DNA from: Lingula anatina
Taxonomy: Eukaryota; Animalia; Brachiopoda
NCBI GenBank assembly: GCA_051362555.1
Contig: CM120649.1
Coordinates: 18,056,567-18,120,566, forward strand
Length of the DNA: 64,000 nt
Reading direction: 5' to 3'
Below, piece by piece: positions 27,501-40,614 of the stretch (positions within the stretch are counted from its first letter, which is position 1; every line of letters starts with the position of its first letter). The position numbers and the translations under genes were made by a program. The notes below the pieces were generated by a model. That model was given only the letters and a program-made list of their open reading frames with translations. It made no database searches and was not told the DNA's origin.

Positions 27501-28478
27501 GCTTGAAGAAAAATTGTTTTCACGAGAAATTTATAGATATTTGTCCAGCTATTCACTAGCTGTGGCGTTTTTTTTTTCACAAAATGGCGTTATCACCCAA
27601 CCGGTAGAGCGTAGCCCTAAGCTAAAGCAACATAGGCTATTAATGTTTTGACAACTTTTGTTAAGTCTGCTCAAAATCCATGTAAAAATGTCTCGTTCTA
27701 AGGATGACAACATTAAGGCATATGACCTTCCCTTAAATAAATCCAAGCCTTCTTTGCTTTCAAAAAGTGCTGTGTACGTAGTTTGCTTGTGATATAATAA
27801 AAGTTTATGTTGATAATATTTCAAGTTTGGAAAATTAATTTACTCAGAATACCAAATAATTATGCTAAAAATAATATTGTATTAATGTATTTTTCTAACA
27901 CGTACGGATATAACGAAGATTCAGTTTATTTTAAAGATATTTGGACCACTTCCTTCCATAATTGTTATTTTCAGAATAAAACCACGAGAAACATATCAGT
28001 CATCGCTCTATTTTCATAAGAAAGGCTCCATTGTAATGTAAATGAACATCTATTTGTCTTTGAAACACAAAGAATAAAGACTTTTATATAATTAAGAGCT
28101 TTAAGGCAAAGTTTAGGTTATCGGTTCTATTGTACAATTGGCGCTGATATACTGATGAAATATATATATATATATATATACTGATAAAATCGTTTACATT
28201 AAATTGGATTCATTCACACACGTGTTTTACAACTGCATATACACTGATGAAATTGTTTACATTAAACTGGCCTCATACATACATGTAATTTAACAATTTC
28301 AACCAATTTTTGCTGACCCTATCAGGTCTCTGACTCTCAGGTCATCAAGTCATGCTAAAGTCCTCCAAAGTTACTATGGTAAGAGTAGACAAGCATGCCT
28401 CATGCATTTAGACTAATTGGCCAATTTATGCCTACTTCACATTTTGAAATATTTAAACGTTCCAAGCAAAACTCACAT
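15345..28478 (-). CDS. Secreted anaphylatoxin-like/Cys-loop/mucin/C-type-lectin-like mosaic protein, paralog B (~1,440 aa)
   Basis: Manual exons: tentative 28477-28478 (AT of a split ATG), 26461-27065 (signal [18 protein letters not shown]), 25969-26187, 24574-24699, 24144-24284, 23723-23830, 23305-23415, 22633-22791, 22163-22330, 21946-22002, 21483-21527, 21012-21074, 20670-20729, 20273-20335, 19663-19884, 19303-19359, 18839-18871, 18433-18507, 16344-18029, 15835-15933, 15345-15577 (stop). The 18 exons from 25969-26187 to 15835-15933 are multiples of 3, phase 1-1 and open. Confidence 0.85.
16556..18016 (-). repeat. Coding 15-bp tandem repeat, ~97 x PPPTT (mucin domain)
   Basis: Frequent synonymous variation but nearly invariant peptide in the TTPPP frame; lies within exon 16344-18029. 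Confidence 0.95.
21078..21350. repeat. Intronic (AAT)n/(ACT)n compound microsatellite containing two diverged ~110-bp units
   Basis: Visible trinucleotide runs flanking a repeated taccgc..ctacatgtattac unit. Confidence 0.8.
24877..25842. mobile_element. Non-autonomous DNA transposon with ~97-bp TIRs and a 5-bp AATAA flanking duplication
   Basis: CAGGCCTTCCCAACTACCAGACTCGGCACCTACGGGTCCAG... at 24877 and its reverse complement ending at 25842; AATAA at 24872-24876 and 25843-25847. Confidence 0.85.
25969..26187 (-). CDS. Exon of paralog B encoding two tandem anaphylatoxin-like (ANATO) domains
   Basis: [33 protein letters not shown] and [32 protein letters not shown] match the CC-x2-G...C-x2-R...C-x3-F-x2-CC pattern of C3a/C4a/C5a and fibulin. 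Confidence 0.75.
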
Positions 28479-28569
28479 TGATATAGCTGTAGATGGGCTG
28501 CGGTAATAATAATACGATGTATATGTATCACGGTCTATAAACGCCTTTTAACGGCACTTAAACTGCGTC

Positions 28570-28575
28570 TTTATA
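28570..28575 (-). promoter_or_regulatory. Candidate TATA box for paralog B
   Basis: TATAAA on the minus strand ~95 nt upstream of a perfect GTGAGT donor at 28476. Confidence 0.35.
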
Positions 28576-31500
28576 GTTTACCAATTACATGGTAAAGGAT
28601 GTACTCCTACAGTTAAAGTTGAGGTATGACTGAATGCGCGGTCTTCACGTACTTTAATACTCAACCCTCCAACGACTCGTGGAATCCGACAGCTCTGCAA
28701 ATATTTTCCTTAAAACGCCGAGCATGAAAAGGGAATTATGAAGGTTAAAGCAGTTACAGTAGTCTCAATCATTTACCTTCAATAACTACAAAGTGAAGAA
28801 AAATGCCTTATTTTTAGCACAAAACACGGCTGATGATACCACCCCTCCCCCTGAAATGATGGTATCGCCTCAGATAAAGCTTTCACCGATATTTCTCTGG
28901 CTAAGTCTGTGCATGTTTATGATCTGTGAAGAATTTGACACATGACTGACGTCATTTACGCAGACAGCGTCGTTAATGTTTCACTTTGCGTTCAACCATG
29001 ACATAAATCAATCCACAAATGGGAATCCTAACCTTAAATGCTTGCAAAACAATTGTCCAGTCTATCGTGTCCTTATTGCAGAATAATGGATATGGTATTT
29101 GAGGACAAATGAAAAACTTTTGTTCAAAATATCAAAAGGTCCGATGACGCTGATGTTAGAATTATGTTCGTTAAAGTCGACTATTCACTTTTTCTAATTT
29201 ACATGTGCCTATTTTCTTTTTAAATATATATTACACAGGTGTACAGATGTGTTTTTTCTCCTGTTTAAGATAATAATACGACTCCTACCTGTTACCTAAA
29301 AAAAAAGGCGCATTTGCGATGAAGGAAGACGTCCACTCATCACATTAATTTTACAAGGTGTGTTCTTTTTTATTTTCGAATTCTGTACAGTGGTGTTACT
29401 GGCATCTTTAAAATCGTTTTAGACTTGGAAAACCTGTTAATTATCTCTTAAATGGGCATTTTAAATACCCACACAGACACGCGTGCACATTGACACACAA
29501 ACATGCCCACACACACGCGAACGCACACATGTGTGCACGTGCACTGGAGCTGAATTTTAGCCTTCGAAACGAGACAGTTTTGTTATATATTTGCTCTTTG
29601 TGACTTTTAAAAAACATCCTATACTTACGATACTCCCTTCGCTTTACAATTAATCAAAGGTTTTTAAAACTGATTCTCGAAATCACTTTGATGGAATCGC
29701 AATGGTGAAATGGGTTTCTCTTTAAGTGACGAAATAATTTTTTTCTGACAATTAACAGTTATTAATGATTCACTGCTTTTTATGTGGAGGACGCAGAAAG
29801 GAGAGAGAGACATTGGACACAAACAATGTCAGACAGAGAAAGGCCAATCACCATGCAGACATACAGACAGACACGAGCACATAAAAACTTAGAAGCAGAG
29901 ATGAAGTAAATAGAATTTATCAACGATCTTATCACCATCCGTAAAAATTGATGATTGTTTGAACAGTGTTACGGAAACAGAAACACCAAGACTGACAATA
30001 AATTTTTATATATATACTCACATTTTAGTGGGGTTCTCCCGTACGGATCCACCCATTCAGTTATCCCCGGCGACGAAAACAATACTGGTGCGTATCCTCC
30101 ACGGACTTATAGGGTTAACTGTGGCGGGCCATGCGCGTCTTTTGATTGCTCTTGTCTTGGCATTTTCTTTCATTTTATCTAATTTGGCATGATTTATGTG
30201 CATTGTGCATAAAAGATGTTAGCAACGAACATTAGAAATGAAAAGGAATGCTTCACCCGAGCGGGTGAGGTCACGTGACGTGCAAGAACCGCTTGACCTG
30301 ACACTGGCCATATATACCTTTCACATAACGCGAGTTTGGGGGCGTAGAAGTTCTTTGTCGCATATCCGAAGAGGTTCATCAAAACGAAACAATTTTTGAC
30401 TTTAATGAAATTGTGCTTGTCAAAAATGTTTGACATTTCTCATCCTCTCTTGTGAAATGTACCAATAGTATGTTGTCAGCAAATTTGTCAAAATACAACG
30501 TTGTGACCAACTGATGATTAACGTTTCTTCAGGAATACTGGACACCATGGCCTCGCTTACGATATTCTTTTAGGGGCATTTTATTACATTGTTAACAACC
30601 AACCACATTCAGTTACTTTTTTAAATAAAAATACAATACAACAGCAAATGGACCTACTCACTGAGAATGTTACAATATTGGTAGTTGAAATAAATGAAAA
30701 TTAAATTAATGATGATGGGGGCGTGTTTTCCATGCCAATTTATTCTACTGTGCATGCATTTGGCGTTTTCACATTTCGAATAATTAATTTAATTTTTACG
30801 TGCTTTTCCAATGTGCTGAAATGTGTGTCAATAACGTAATCATTTACTTATCCGAATATTTAGTTACCCAATCGGGTCCGACTCTCATAACTCGAGTTCC
30901 TAGCTGTCTGTTTTTGAAAACGTGTCCTTTGTGGCTACTAAAATCAAGCAGCAGAAAATATATGCTATAAAGCTGTATCCTGAATTGTGGTCGTAAAACG
31001 TTGCTTTCATCCAACCAAAGAGCAATTCATAATGGCAGTGGAAATAATAAAATTGCATATTACATTTTCTTTGAGGTCATCCTTTCAAATAGCTGAGAAA
31101 TGCACCATATAATGATGCTTAATGATTATTTTGCTTTTTAAATCTGAGGGTAGAAGTTACAATTACAGGTAGGTGAATCCCTGCAAATCCCGAAATGTGT
31201 TTAACGTAAGGGTTTTAGTGTATCTCGTACACACAGGCCGGAATTATGCAGCACGTGCAAGTTCAGAGTTTGTCGTTGAAAGTAATTACAGCAGTACCTC
31301 AGACAATGACAGAAACTACAGCATATGACTGAACTCCGCTCCGATAAAATAGAACTTCTCTAGTAAGTTCACACCTGTTTTAGCGTATAATCTCTACAAC
31401 AAATTTAGACACGGTGTTCCTTACAAATTTCCTATATATATATCCATCAAGGGGAGAGTGGTGGTACACGCAAGGTTTCTAACCATGCCGAGAATGTAAG

Positions 31501-31695
31501 CACAGATTCCGTTGGTGTATCTCCATGTTTCACCTCCACAATTATCTTGTATCTACTAAAAGCAAATATATGTTTGTCGTTAGCGCCTGAACTGCATGCC
31601 TCATCTTCTTGCTTCGGAAGATTTTTTTTTACTTTTCACCTCCATGGTCCGGTTATGTAACCTCCATGTTACATCTTTATATATTTCCACAAGCC

Positions 31696-31845
31696 TCATG
31701 TAAGTTCTGCCTTCCATTTAAAATAGGTTTCCAACCTACACGCGGCCCACTCCTAGAAAGGAGATAGTAAAACATCATACATTCATTTATATACCGGTAT
31801 GTATCACAAATGAACCACTAGTTCATTCAATTGTAAATAGTAATT

Positions 31846-31898
<53 letters not shown>

Positions 31899-34800
31899 GG
31901 ATAATATATATATATATGTAGCAGTTATACCCTTAAACTTGAAGAATCTTTAAAACTTAGTTTATATTTTCAAGCATTTTCTAAAAAATACAAAAATGCG
32001 ATTTAGAGTATTTGGACTTTTTAAAGCCCATCCCACCCCCTCGCATCTGGAACCTTATTTATATTCCAAAGGACAACCTTAAAAACCATAGCAGCGGGTA
32101 TGCGGCTGTACTTACTATAAAAGGGAAGTCTATGTTGCACTTCCCCACAGTATTCAGAGCCCAGAGAGCGTAGAAATAATGTGCTAACGTGCCCCAAACT
32201 CGGACCTCTCGTATCATGGACTCTGCCTCGTCCTCGATGTCACTGAGATCTATACCGCTGGCAGTCAAGTACGTTTTGTAAAATTCTAACTAAGAAACAG
32301 AATGGATCCCAAGTTATAATGTTAAATGAATGGTAATAACCTGTATCCGGTCTTCGCACTAATATTCCTTCAGGATAAAGCAAGTTTCTCTTCATTACGA
32401 ATCATTGTTCAACCCGTTCTTGCACTTGCCTTTTGGACACGATATTTTATACCAACTCTAATTAAATATCTGCTAAACTATAATTATGACTTATTTAAAC
32501 CAACATGTCTTCTTTATATTTAAAATACATTTTTTTTCAATTAAAACAACCGACACATTGGACAATGTAGTGGGGCAGCTACGAAGCTCATTTCAAATAA
32601 ATTGGAAGGGGTTATAAACAACCTCCACTTGAACTATCCTTAACCATTACTTGACTTCTAATTAATCTCTATTTGACCTCTGCTTGACCTCCATTTGACC
32701 TCTGTTTGACCTCAGTCCTACCTGCTGCTCCCTGGACGGATATGTAGACAGGCATTCGGGAAACTTTTCCATCTTCTGGTAGTCACACCATTCGTTGAAA
32801 TACGTGGCGATGTCAAACCCCCTGTGGTGAAACAGGACAACATGACGTCACTAAATAATTTATAAAATATGTACAGACTGAAAAATCGTAAAAATTCAGC
32901 ACCCGAATTAAAAAACTGACTGCATTACCACATCGCTCACGCAGTTATGTGTACATGATCGCTTACCTTATGATAATTTTTCATATGTTACACATTAAAA
33001 TAATTAAGAGAGAAACAGGCTATACCAACGTGGTCTCTGGAAATGACAGAAAAGACGCAACGGAAGTTCTACCTGTGATTATAGCTACAGAAGTCTAGGT
33101 CTATAAACACTAGTTCTTCACTGTTATCCAAAAGAAGAATATTTCCTAGAAGTAAATACACTGTATATATATAGAGGAGCAGTTACAGGTATAAGGTTAA
33201 CTTATCCGAACAGACAAAGCATATGGACCTGTTTTTTTCTTTTTATTATATATAATATATACTCGTACAGGAAGAACAATTTTACTTTTAATATATATAA
33301 AAGATAATGTACTATTATTACTACATGTATTATAAGTAGCAGTAGGAGTAGTGGTAGAAGTAGCACTAGTGGACGTCTTTAGCGCCCATTACTAACACTT
33401 ATACACGTGTGGACCCAGTAATTTGGAGAAAGAAGAATAAAGTTAAAATACAATCTTACAATATGCAGTTATATTAAAGTCAAAGTCACCGTAGATGTTG
33501 TGTCTCACCTCTGTTCAGATCATTGTGACAGAAAACAACAGGTGACCTGACACTTCTGGCTAGTTTTCTGAAAAAAAATAGTTAAAGTTTTTTTTTACTT
33601 TTGGCACATTAAATCAGTATATTCAAAGGTATAATGTGCATAGTGTTCACTTTCATTTCTGGTCAAAAGAATTTCGACTCGACTGATATACATGTACATT
33701 AAGCAGAGGAGCAGTAATAAGGTTAACTTATCCGAACAGACAAAGCATAGGGACAGCCAATATCTCCTAATTTGCTTTCACCCTAATTATTAAAATACAT
33801 CTACAGCTCCTTACTTAACAGCTGCATACTCTGTCTCTAGGCCCATCTCTACCAGCCTCCGGAGATACTCAGCATGGGAACTGTTGCCGGAGCCGGATGT
33901 GATAAGCTGGGGTACTACTGGCAACCATCTGAAGATAAGGCCTAATATGATACCACTGGACTAGTGGTGGGTCCACGGTTTTTCAAATAAGGAGAGAGAA
34001 GGGTAACAAATTTCGCCGCTTTGCACCGATTAGTGGTATAGAACAATTGTTGAGGACACGTTTGCTGTTTATGTATGGATAGAGAAACACTTGGTTTGGT
34101 GTTGTTTCGCTCCTGATACTGTTTTTAGTTAGAAAGAAGAGGAGAGATGGTTATTTCAGGCCTGTAATTAGTGGCGAACCCAGGACCCCAATAAAAGTAT
34201 AGCCAGGACTTTATTTATTATTTTACTAGTGGTAAAAATAAATGAATAAATTAATAAATAAATAAATGGTTCCAAAATACCACAATACGTACTACTTCAA
34301 AATACCTCAGTTAAGTGACTATGAGTACTCTTATTAGAATAAATAAGAAAATAAAACGACAATGAATTAATACACAGCCAGCATGAAATTAATAAAATAA
34401 CAACTCACTTTTCTATACACTCATAAAACCAAAGCGGTCGTTTACATATGGGCATGGTCAAGCTATGAAACTGAGCCAGTCGCTTTGCCACTCTCTTTGA
34501 AATGCTTGGAAGACGCATCTCACTTTCCCTAACACACCGGGACTGGAATTGTATTCGATAAATTATCACCAATTGTGTACTCGAAAACACAATCTTTCAC
34601 AAGCATTTGTTAGTAATTTACATCCCCGGCCCGTACGCGGCTCGATAAAATGTGCACAGGACAAGCTGTTAAAGACTTGCAATCCGCATATACACGATAT
34701 GCATGCAGCTAGGCGGGTTATACTTATCCTCAACCAAAGTCGCAAATTAAGTATGTGCACATTTCTCCACAGCGATACGTGCCATGAATAATTGCCAAAG

Positions 34801-35813
34801 ACATATCTGTGAATATTTAGTGAAAATCAATATGTGGCCCTGGTAGAAGGTAGGTTATTTGTGTGTGGAACTCATCTGGACGCTGCATGATCACGAATAA
34901 AGGGAAAAAACCCAGGGTCTTCTGATGGACTGGGAGAAAGTAAAAGGTTTACACTTTATAAAATACTTTGCTGAGTTTTTCAGGAGGGGAGCAACTAGTT
35001 ATTTCTATATACAATAAATTATTTACCCGTGAACTCATTGAATTTTAATTTAACTTATTAAAATAAGTCTTTGGTTACTATTATTTAATGACAGTCACGT
35101 GAAAGTTTAAAATGAAGACCTGTGAAGTCCATACCGATAAGTATTCTTCGATTCTTCCCCCATCAAAGAGACCATACAGCTGTGGGCCTTGCTTCAGACC
35201 TGCCAGTATGGAGAATATGACGGAATTCTGGATTACGCCTTGAATGTCCTCTTTGATGACTTCTCCGTAAAACCTAACCAGGGTCTGTCTTGGTTCAGAG
35301 CCCTCTACCGGAATGTGGTCTGGCAATTCGCAGAGGTAGATGTAGTTACTGAGAGCCACACCGTCGCTAAAACCGGTCAATTAAGTCGCCAATCAGTGAA
35401 AATATATAAATATCATGGACTTTTCTTACATTTAAAGGCTTAATCTATTACTTTAACAATCGTAATTACAACATTAGCATGAGCATATATATAAACTCTA
35501 CTGACATAGGCTATCCTTCTGCAAACACGCACACAAAGTAATATGTAAGGTTCCCATTGCAAATCAATACGAAAATCCCAAGACAACTATCCGACGTATC
35601 TCACCCAAGTGTTTTCATCCTGATGCTATCAGCAGTGAGTCTCCTCCAGGCCCCGTCCAGCAGTCTCTGGCAGTGACAAACGGCGGCCTGGCGCACCTCT
35701 ACAGGTATCTGGCTGGTGCTGCTGGTATCAGTGGTGAGGGGTTGGCAACAGGTACCATGCTCGCTGTCCTCAGACTGGCTGGCTTCTTCGCTTATCCCTG
35801 AGGTTGGTTCCAT
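31696..35813 (-). CDS. Choline/ethanolamine kinase, paralog 1 (9 coding exons)
   Basis: Exons ~35605-35813, 35135-35366, 34410-34542, 33815-33929, 33510-33567, 33073-33147, 32722-32821, 32115-32289, 31696-31752 (inner boundaries approximate). Motifs ALSNYIYLC, GPQLYGLFDGGRIEEY, Brenner motif CHNDLNRGNILL, FIDLDFCSYNHRGFDIATYFNEW, HYFYALWAL. Confidence 0.9.
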
Positions 35814-37097
35814 GTTTTAAGGTGCAGTGGTGCTGCCGTGAAGTTAAATTCGACTTGGAAATAAAGAATTAATGTTGTCACTGTAGGCCTACGTGTCTAG
35901 TAGGCCCTACCCGGTAGTTATCTAAATGTCTTCAACGCTGCGAGAAATCAGTCCAGCATCGTCACTGTCATATGGATAATCAGGCGATGCTTTGGCTCAC
36001 TGAGTCCACAAGGTTGCTCTTTCATTCATTAGCGACATACGAAACATAGCAACCAGCGCCGTGCCTATACTTCTTGCTGTACCTAAACCCAGGATATCCT
36101 AGTTACCGTACTGTAAAACATATATTCTGTTACAGCACGTGTTAACGTAATCTTAAGCGCGTCTATTTCATCTAGGTCAGCCAGTTAATGGAGCAGATTA
36201 CATTACGACCTCATGCACAGACCTATATATTAAGAGCTCAGCGATGACCTAGCTATCTCTACCCTTTGCGTGAAAACTGTATATTCAGTATTCAGGTAAA
36301 AAATTATTTATTCTGTCTCATTAATAGCTACATAGGCAAACTCACTGCGGCCGATTCTTAAATGTCTAAAATGTTTTTAAAAAGCAAAATCACTCTATAA
36401 ATTACTTGTTCGCTTCATTTATGAGGCCCAGATCACTGACATTTGGTTTTCCTCTTTGGATTCATATGGGCTACTTTGTCTATAGGCATATTTTTTTTAT
36501 CATTATGACCTTTAGATTATAATTCATTTATCAATTTATTGACACAAAATTAAATCTGAGCTTATTTCTTTCAATTCTGGTTCTATTTATTTTGTTGAAA
36601 GATTACAAGTAATTACTCATTCAATCAACTGCTTTTAAAAATGCAAATCAAATATAATCTTCTAAAATTAATCTGATAAATCGATTTACTCATTTATTCA
36701 TTTGACCTTTCTTAATGACCTTTATGGATTTTACGGAGAATGTTGGTGTTAAAGCCTGGTAATTTCTGTACCGTATATATGCATTAACTTCACGTATTAT
36801 CAATCAGTAAAAATCGATGAAGCAAAAATTAATGCAACAACAATACCAATATTTATTCTCCCTTCCATTTAATAACACTGCGAGAAATTAATCCACAAAC
36901 TGGTAGCGTGGCGCCACGCTCAGCGTCAGTACGCACGTAGCCCTTGGTTAGAAGTTTGGATACACCAAAATTGTTGTATCAGTGTAAAAGCCAAACGTCC
37001 CCTTTCTGTCCTCTGTAGCCTATACACTGCCTACACGCGCTAATTAACAGTGTTAATAATGTGGCTGTAGGTGCACTGGCATTAAAGGCTTTACTTC

Positions 37098-40000
37098 TCA
37101 CACTTGACAAAAAAGTTCGTCCTTTCTTTTGAAATAAGTTTGTAACCTGCACATGGCAAACTCCTGAAATAAATAAAAATAAATAAATAATATATTTTAT
37201 ATTCTCATGACATAATTACCTTCTAGCAAATAAAATCAACCAATGAAATGCCAATAATGTATCAATAAAACACGAAAAAATCAAAGTGAGATGGTAAGAA
37301 GAGGATACGGCATGGAAGGATAATTTTACTCACTATGAAAGGGAAATCTATGGTGCACCGGCCGACAGTGTTGAGGGCCCACAGGCCCCAGAAGAAGTGC
37401 GCTATAAGGCCCCACACGTCTACCTCCCTCGCCATGGACGCCGCCTCCTGGGCCAGTTTACTTTGATCTACGCCGCTCGACCTGAGATATTCTGTGAAGA
37501 ATTCCCTCTGAAAAAGAAAATTAAAAAATGTAGAAGCATTTAGTTGTCATCAATAAACATAATCATTATAGTTCATCGATATATTTTCAACAATCACACA
37601 TTTTTAAGCCAGAGTATAGAAGCTGGTATATTTTATTTTTGTGAACATGCATTTAACGCCGCTAGCTTGAAAAAAGCATGAAACTCTCATTATCAATTCC
37701 TTTTTAATTTTTTTATACATTGTTGAGAGGGGGGAAATAATCATTATGATAGGCGTTATTACGAATTTTTAGTTTGTTTCTAAGTAGTACAAAATTCGAA
37801 ACCACGAAAATATAATGCCTTTGTTGCAAGTATCTTATCTACTTTCGCACGTGGTATTTAAACTCTGCAGTACAGTTCGGTATATTTAAATGCCACGTGG
37901 ACCTCCATACCTGCTGTCCCGGGGTGGGATAGTCCTCCAGGTACTGCGGGAACACATCCGGGTCCCTGTAGCTGCACCATTCATTGAAATAAGTCGCTAT
38001 ATCGAACCCTCTGTGTAAATAGATGAATAATTGAAAAAAATTTAAAAAATGAAGAAAGTAGAAAAAGAAAGAAATAAAAGTAAAATTGCTAATTAAGAAA
38101 CTAAAGTATTCAAAATATAGAAGTAAATGTTTGAAAATTATCTTACTTATTAAGTGAAATTGAAAACGATCACAGGCCAGTGCTAGTATGTCCAATCTAA
38201 CAACAACCTCGATAAGTGCAGTCTTTCCATCTTTTTGCGATGACTAAGGCAATACGGAACAATACAATATATATACCTGTGGTTATAGCTGCAGTAGTCA
38301 AAGTCTATAAACTTCATCTCGTCATCTCCACTCAGTAGTAGGATATTGCCTAAAAGCGACACCACTAGACAATGAGTAATTTACTAAGAAAAAAATGTGT
38401 CAGCATAAATTAATATTATAAATGTTTACCATCCAGATATAATTATAATGGAATCGTATTATTTAAAATTTTTTTATAGATTTGACTCCCAGAAGCAACT
38501 GTGCAATGCACTTAGCTGGATCCCAAAGAAACCTACCCCGATTCAGATCATTGTGGCAAAACACTACCGGGGAGGGTTCGCTGCTGGCTATTTTCCTACA
38601 ATAAAGGCAAATGATGGGATAAAATGCCTGTCACTAGCATCATGGTGAAGCGACTTAGTTGTGACGTTGCAACAGTTGGGCCTATGTGATACGAGGACTG
38701 CAAGGTGCCCTAATATTGAGAAGTATTATTTGACGCTTGGAATTTTTCCCAGACTAGCTAACACCTTTCTTGTGAAATAGAATAGTTTTCGGAAGTTGAG
38801 CGAAGAAAAAAAAAAAAAAAGAGAAGAGAGAGAGAGAGAGAGAGAAATGTCAAGTGCAATTGAAGATGGCTTTTGGGGAACACTTCAATAGCTTGTCTGG
38901 TCAGGTTTTTCATACTCACTTTACTTCCTCATACTCCGTCCTCAAATCCATGTCTCTTATTGCTGCCAAGTACCTGTTGTGGGCAGTGTCGTCAGAGCCT
39001 GCCGCAGCTCTCTGCAGCACCACGGGCAACCACCTGGTCGGGCAAATAATGGTAGATCTCTTATTAGCATCAGGTGTGACCGCAATGGTAGTCCGAGTAA
39101 TGGAAGTCTGGGTCCCATAATGATTACTTACAGGTTAATAGGTTACTCGGAAATCAGAATATGAGGCGAATCAGACCCGTGCGAGGTAATGGGAAACAGA
39201 CTTCGGTTCCTAGCGGACTAACCGTACCATTCCCGTGAACAGAGCTACTGTACATGTAACCTCAAAAATAGATCTACTTCATTTCAAGAAAAATCCATAG
39301 TAGTTCATTTAGATAGTATATAAATATTGGCCTGAAACATAAGGAATGATTTCATTTTACAAAATACATGTAGGAAGCAGTACAAAGTGCAATCTTATTG
39401 GAATACTACATGTACCAGAACTGAGCTCTCTTTGACCAAAACCCTACTCATATATTTATATAAAAGTTAACATCGGGCACCGTGACATAACTCTTAAATT
39501 ATGAAAATGGCCCAATGGTTACAACAATACTAAGATGGTGATTTCAAACTCACTTTTCCATAGTTTCATATAGCCACGTCGGTTGCTTGCAAATCGGCAT
39601 TGTAAGAGTGTGATATTTTCCCAGCAACTTCGCCACTCTTGTCAATGTAGAGGGAAGCCGCATCTCGTCTTTAGCTAAACATCTAGACTGGAAATAAATA
39701 AATAAATAAATAAATAAATAAATGCTCAATAGAACTGATCCAATTTGGTGCAAGTATCGCAGTCACAAAATCAGACGGACAGTAGGTAGTGCGGTCATCT
39801 ATTGCTTATCAGGGAACTATATTGGCTTCAGGGGTAGGGGAGGGGGTCTTTCACATAAGCTTGCACCCATGGATTCATAAATTACTTGAAACCATCTCCC
39901 AGTACATGTATCATGATTGTACTAAAATCGACCGAGGCAAGACAACATTGGCAGGTGGGTTCTCATTTATCTTCAAATTGTGTACGGACTTCAGCTATTC

Positions 40001-40614
40001 TATATAGTAGGCAGTTTTAAGTCTAACTCACTGGTAGATATTCTTCAATCCGTCCTCCGTCGAAAAGACCATACAGCTGAGGGCCAAGCTTCAGTCCTGA
40101 TAGTATTGAGAATATGACCGTGTTCTGAATGACGCCCTCAGTGTCCGCCTTTATGACTTCTCCGTAAAACCTAACCACGACTTGTCTTGGTTCACCGTCT
40201 TCTAGCGGTACATCTTCTGGTATTTCACAAAGATAGATGTAGTTACTGAGCGCAGCTCCATCTCTAACGAAAAAAATAAACGAAAAAAAAAAAGAAATTT
40301 AGAATACAGAGTAAAAGAGAGAAAACGTGAGAAGTGTAGGCTACTGAATCGCTGACTGAACAAACACTGAACGGACAAGCAAGGGCTTGTTCATTTTTTC
40401 ATTTGGTGTAGAGCTGAAAGGCATAAAAATACGTAATAACCCGAATAACTAATATAAATGTTTTTCGGTCTCACCCAAGCGGCGTCATCCTGATGTTTTT
40501 AGCGGTCAGTCCCCTCCATGCCCCACAGTGAGTGACCACGGCCTGGTGGACTTCTGTGGCTATCTGGTCGTTACTGTCTGAGCGGGACGGGCACCTATTC
40601 TGACCGGTGTCCAT
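37098..40614 (-). CDS. Choline/ethanolamine kinase, paralog 2
   Basis: Same exon layout as paralog 1; GPQLYGLFDGGRIEEY, PPVVFCHNDLNRGNILL, FIDFDYCSYNHRGFDIATYFNEW, HFFWGLWAL; ends RLQTYFKRKDELFCQV*; start Met tentative. Confidence 0.88.
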
